DNA from: Piedraia hortae CBS 480.64
Lineage: Eukaryota
Direction: 5' to 3'
Assembly (NCBI GenBank): GCA_010093745.1
Contig: MU005993.1
Span: forward strand, 124,001-169,080
Length of the DNA stretch: 45,080 nucleotides
A model generated the notes under the pieces. It did not search any database, had not been told where the DNA came from, and was given only the letters and a program-made list of their open reading frames with translations. Every line of letters begins with the position of its first letter. Within the stretch, counting starts at the first letter, position 1. Shown here piece by piece: positions 44,770-45,080 of this stretch. A program made the translations under genes and the position numbers.

Positions 44770-45080
44770 ACGGTTGTTTTCGGCATGATGTCATGGGAAA
44801 CTGCATGCCAAGGTCAAGCTCGATACTTGATTGAACTCATCCCACTTACTCGAGTAAACTATAATCTGCAGGTCGTTAGTCATGACGTGATCGCAAATCC
44901 TAAACTGACTCAAAATCCTCTGACATGGTTTCGTTAGTTGCAGACTATGACTCGATGTACGCGAAGTCCGACCACCTTCGGCAGAATTTCGGACCTCCGG
45001 AAAGTTGACTGGAATTGTATTATAATTGTGAGCAGATGTGTACCTGCATACAAATCTCTACGGAAAACTAGTTGACGCGT

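Overview
Eukaryotic DNA from a filamentous ascomycete (Pezizomycotina-type genes) with a compact layout: most introns are 41-61 nt and many intergenic gaps are under 250 bp. Two gene-dense blocks carry 14 protein genes, whose exon structures I reconstructed by hand. The first block (5.9-25.4 kb) holds anthranilate synthase TRP2, RPD3, RPN11, a Leu3/LeuB-like Zn2Cys6 factor, a PAF-acetylhydrolase, a ~1450-aa Ser/Thr-rich surface protein, a DDP1-like Nudix hydrolase, MOB1, a maltose permease, ARG8 and a GPI-CFEM protein. The second block (36.9-44.8 kb) holds a 3-exon AT-hook orphan, LSM1 and VPS39. Two regions lack intact genes (1-5.8 kb and 25.4-36.8 kb). The most notable observations are: (1) a decayed ~2.5-kb stretch (~29.6-31.95 kb, + strand) whose broken reading frames carry narnavirus-like RdRp motifs in the correct order and which is rich in G-U/GNRA hairpins, making it a candidate endogenous narna-like RNA virus element that the ORF track mostly misses; (2) recurrent local C/A-rich to G/T-rich strand-skew switches that ignore gene boundaries; (3) an array of seven alternating CCAAT boxes forming hairpins at 620-945; (4) Nsp1-like PAFSF repeats in a secreted protein; (5) an unusually long MOB1 intron that is largely in frame. 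All homology calls are by eye; no searches were run.
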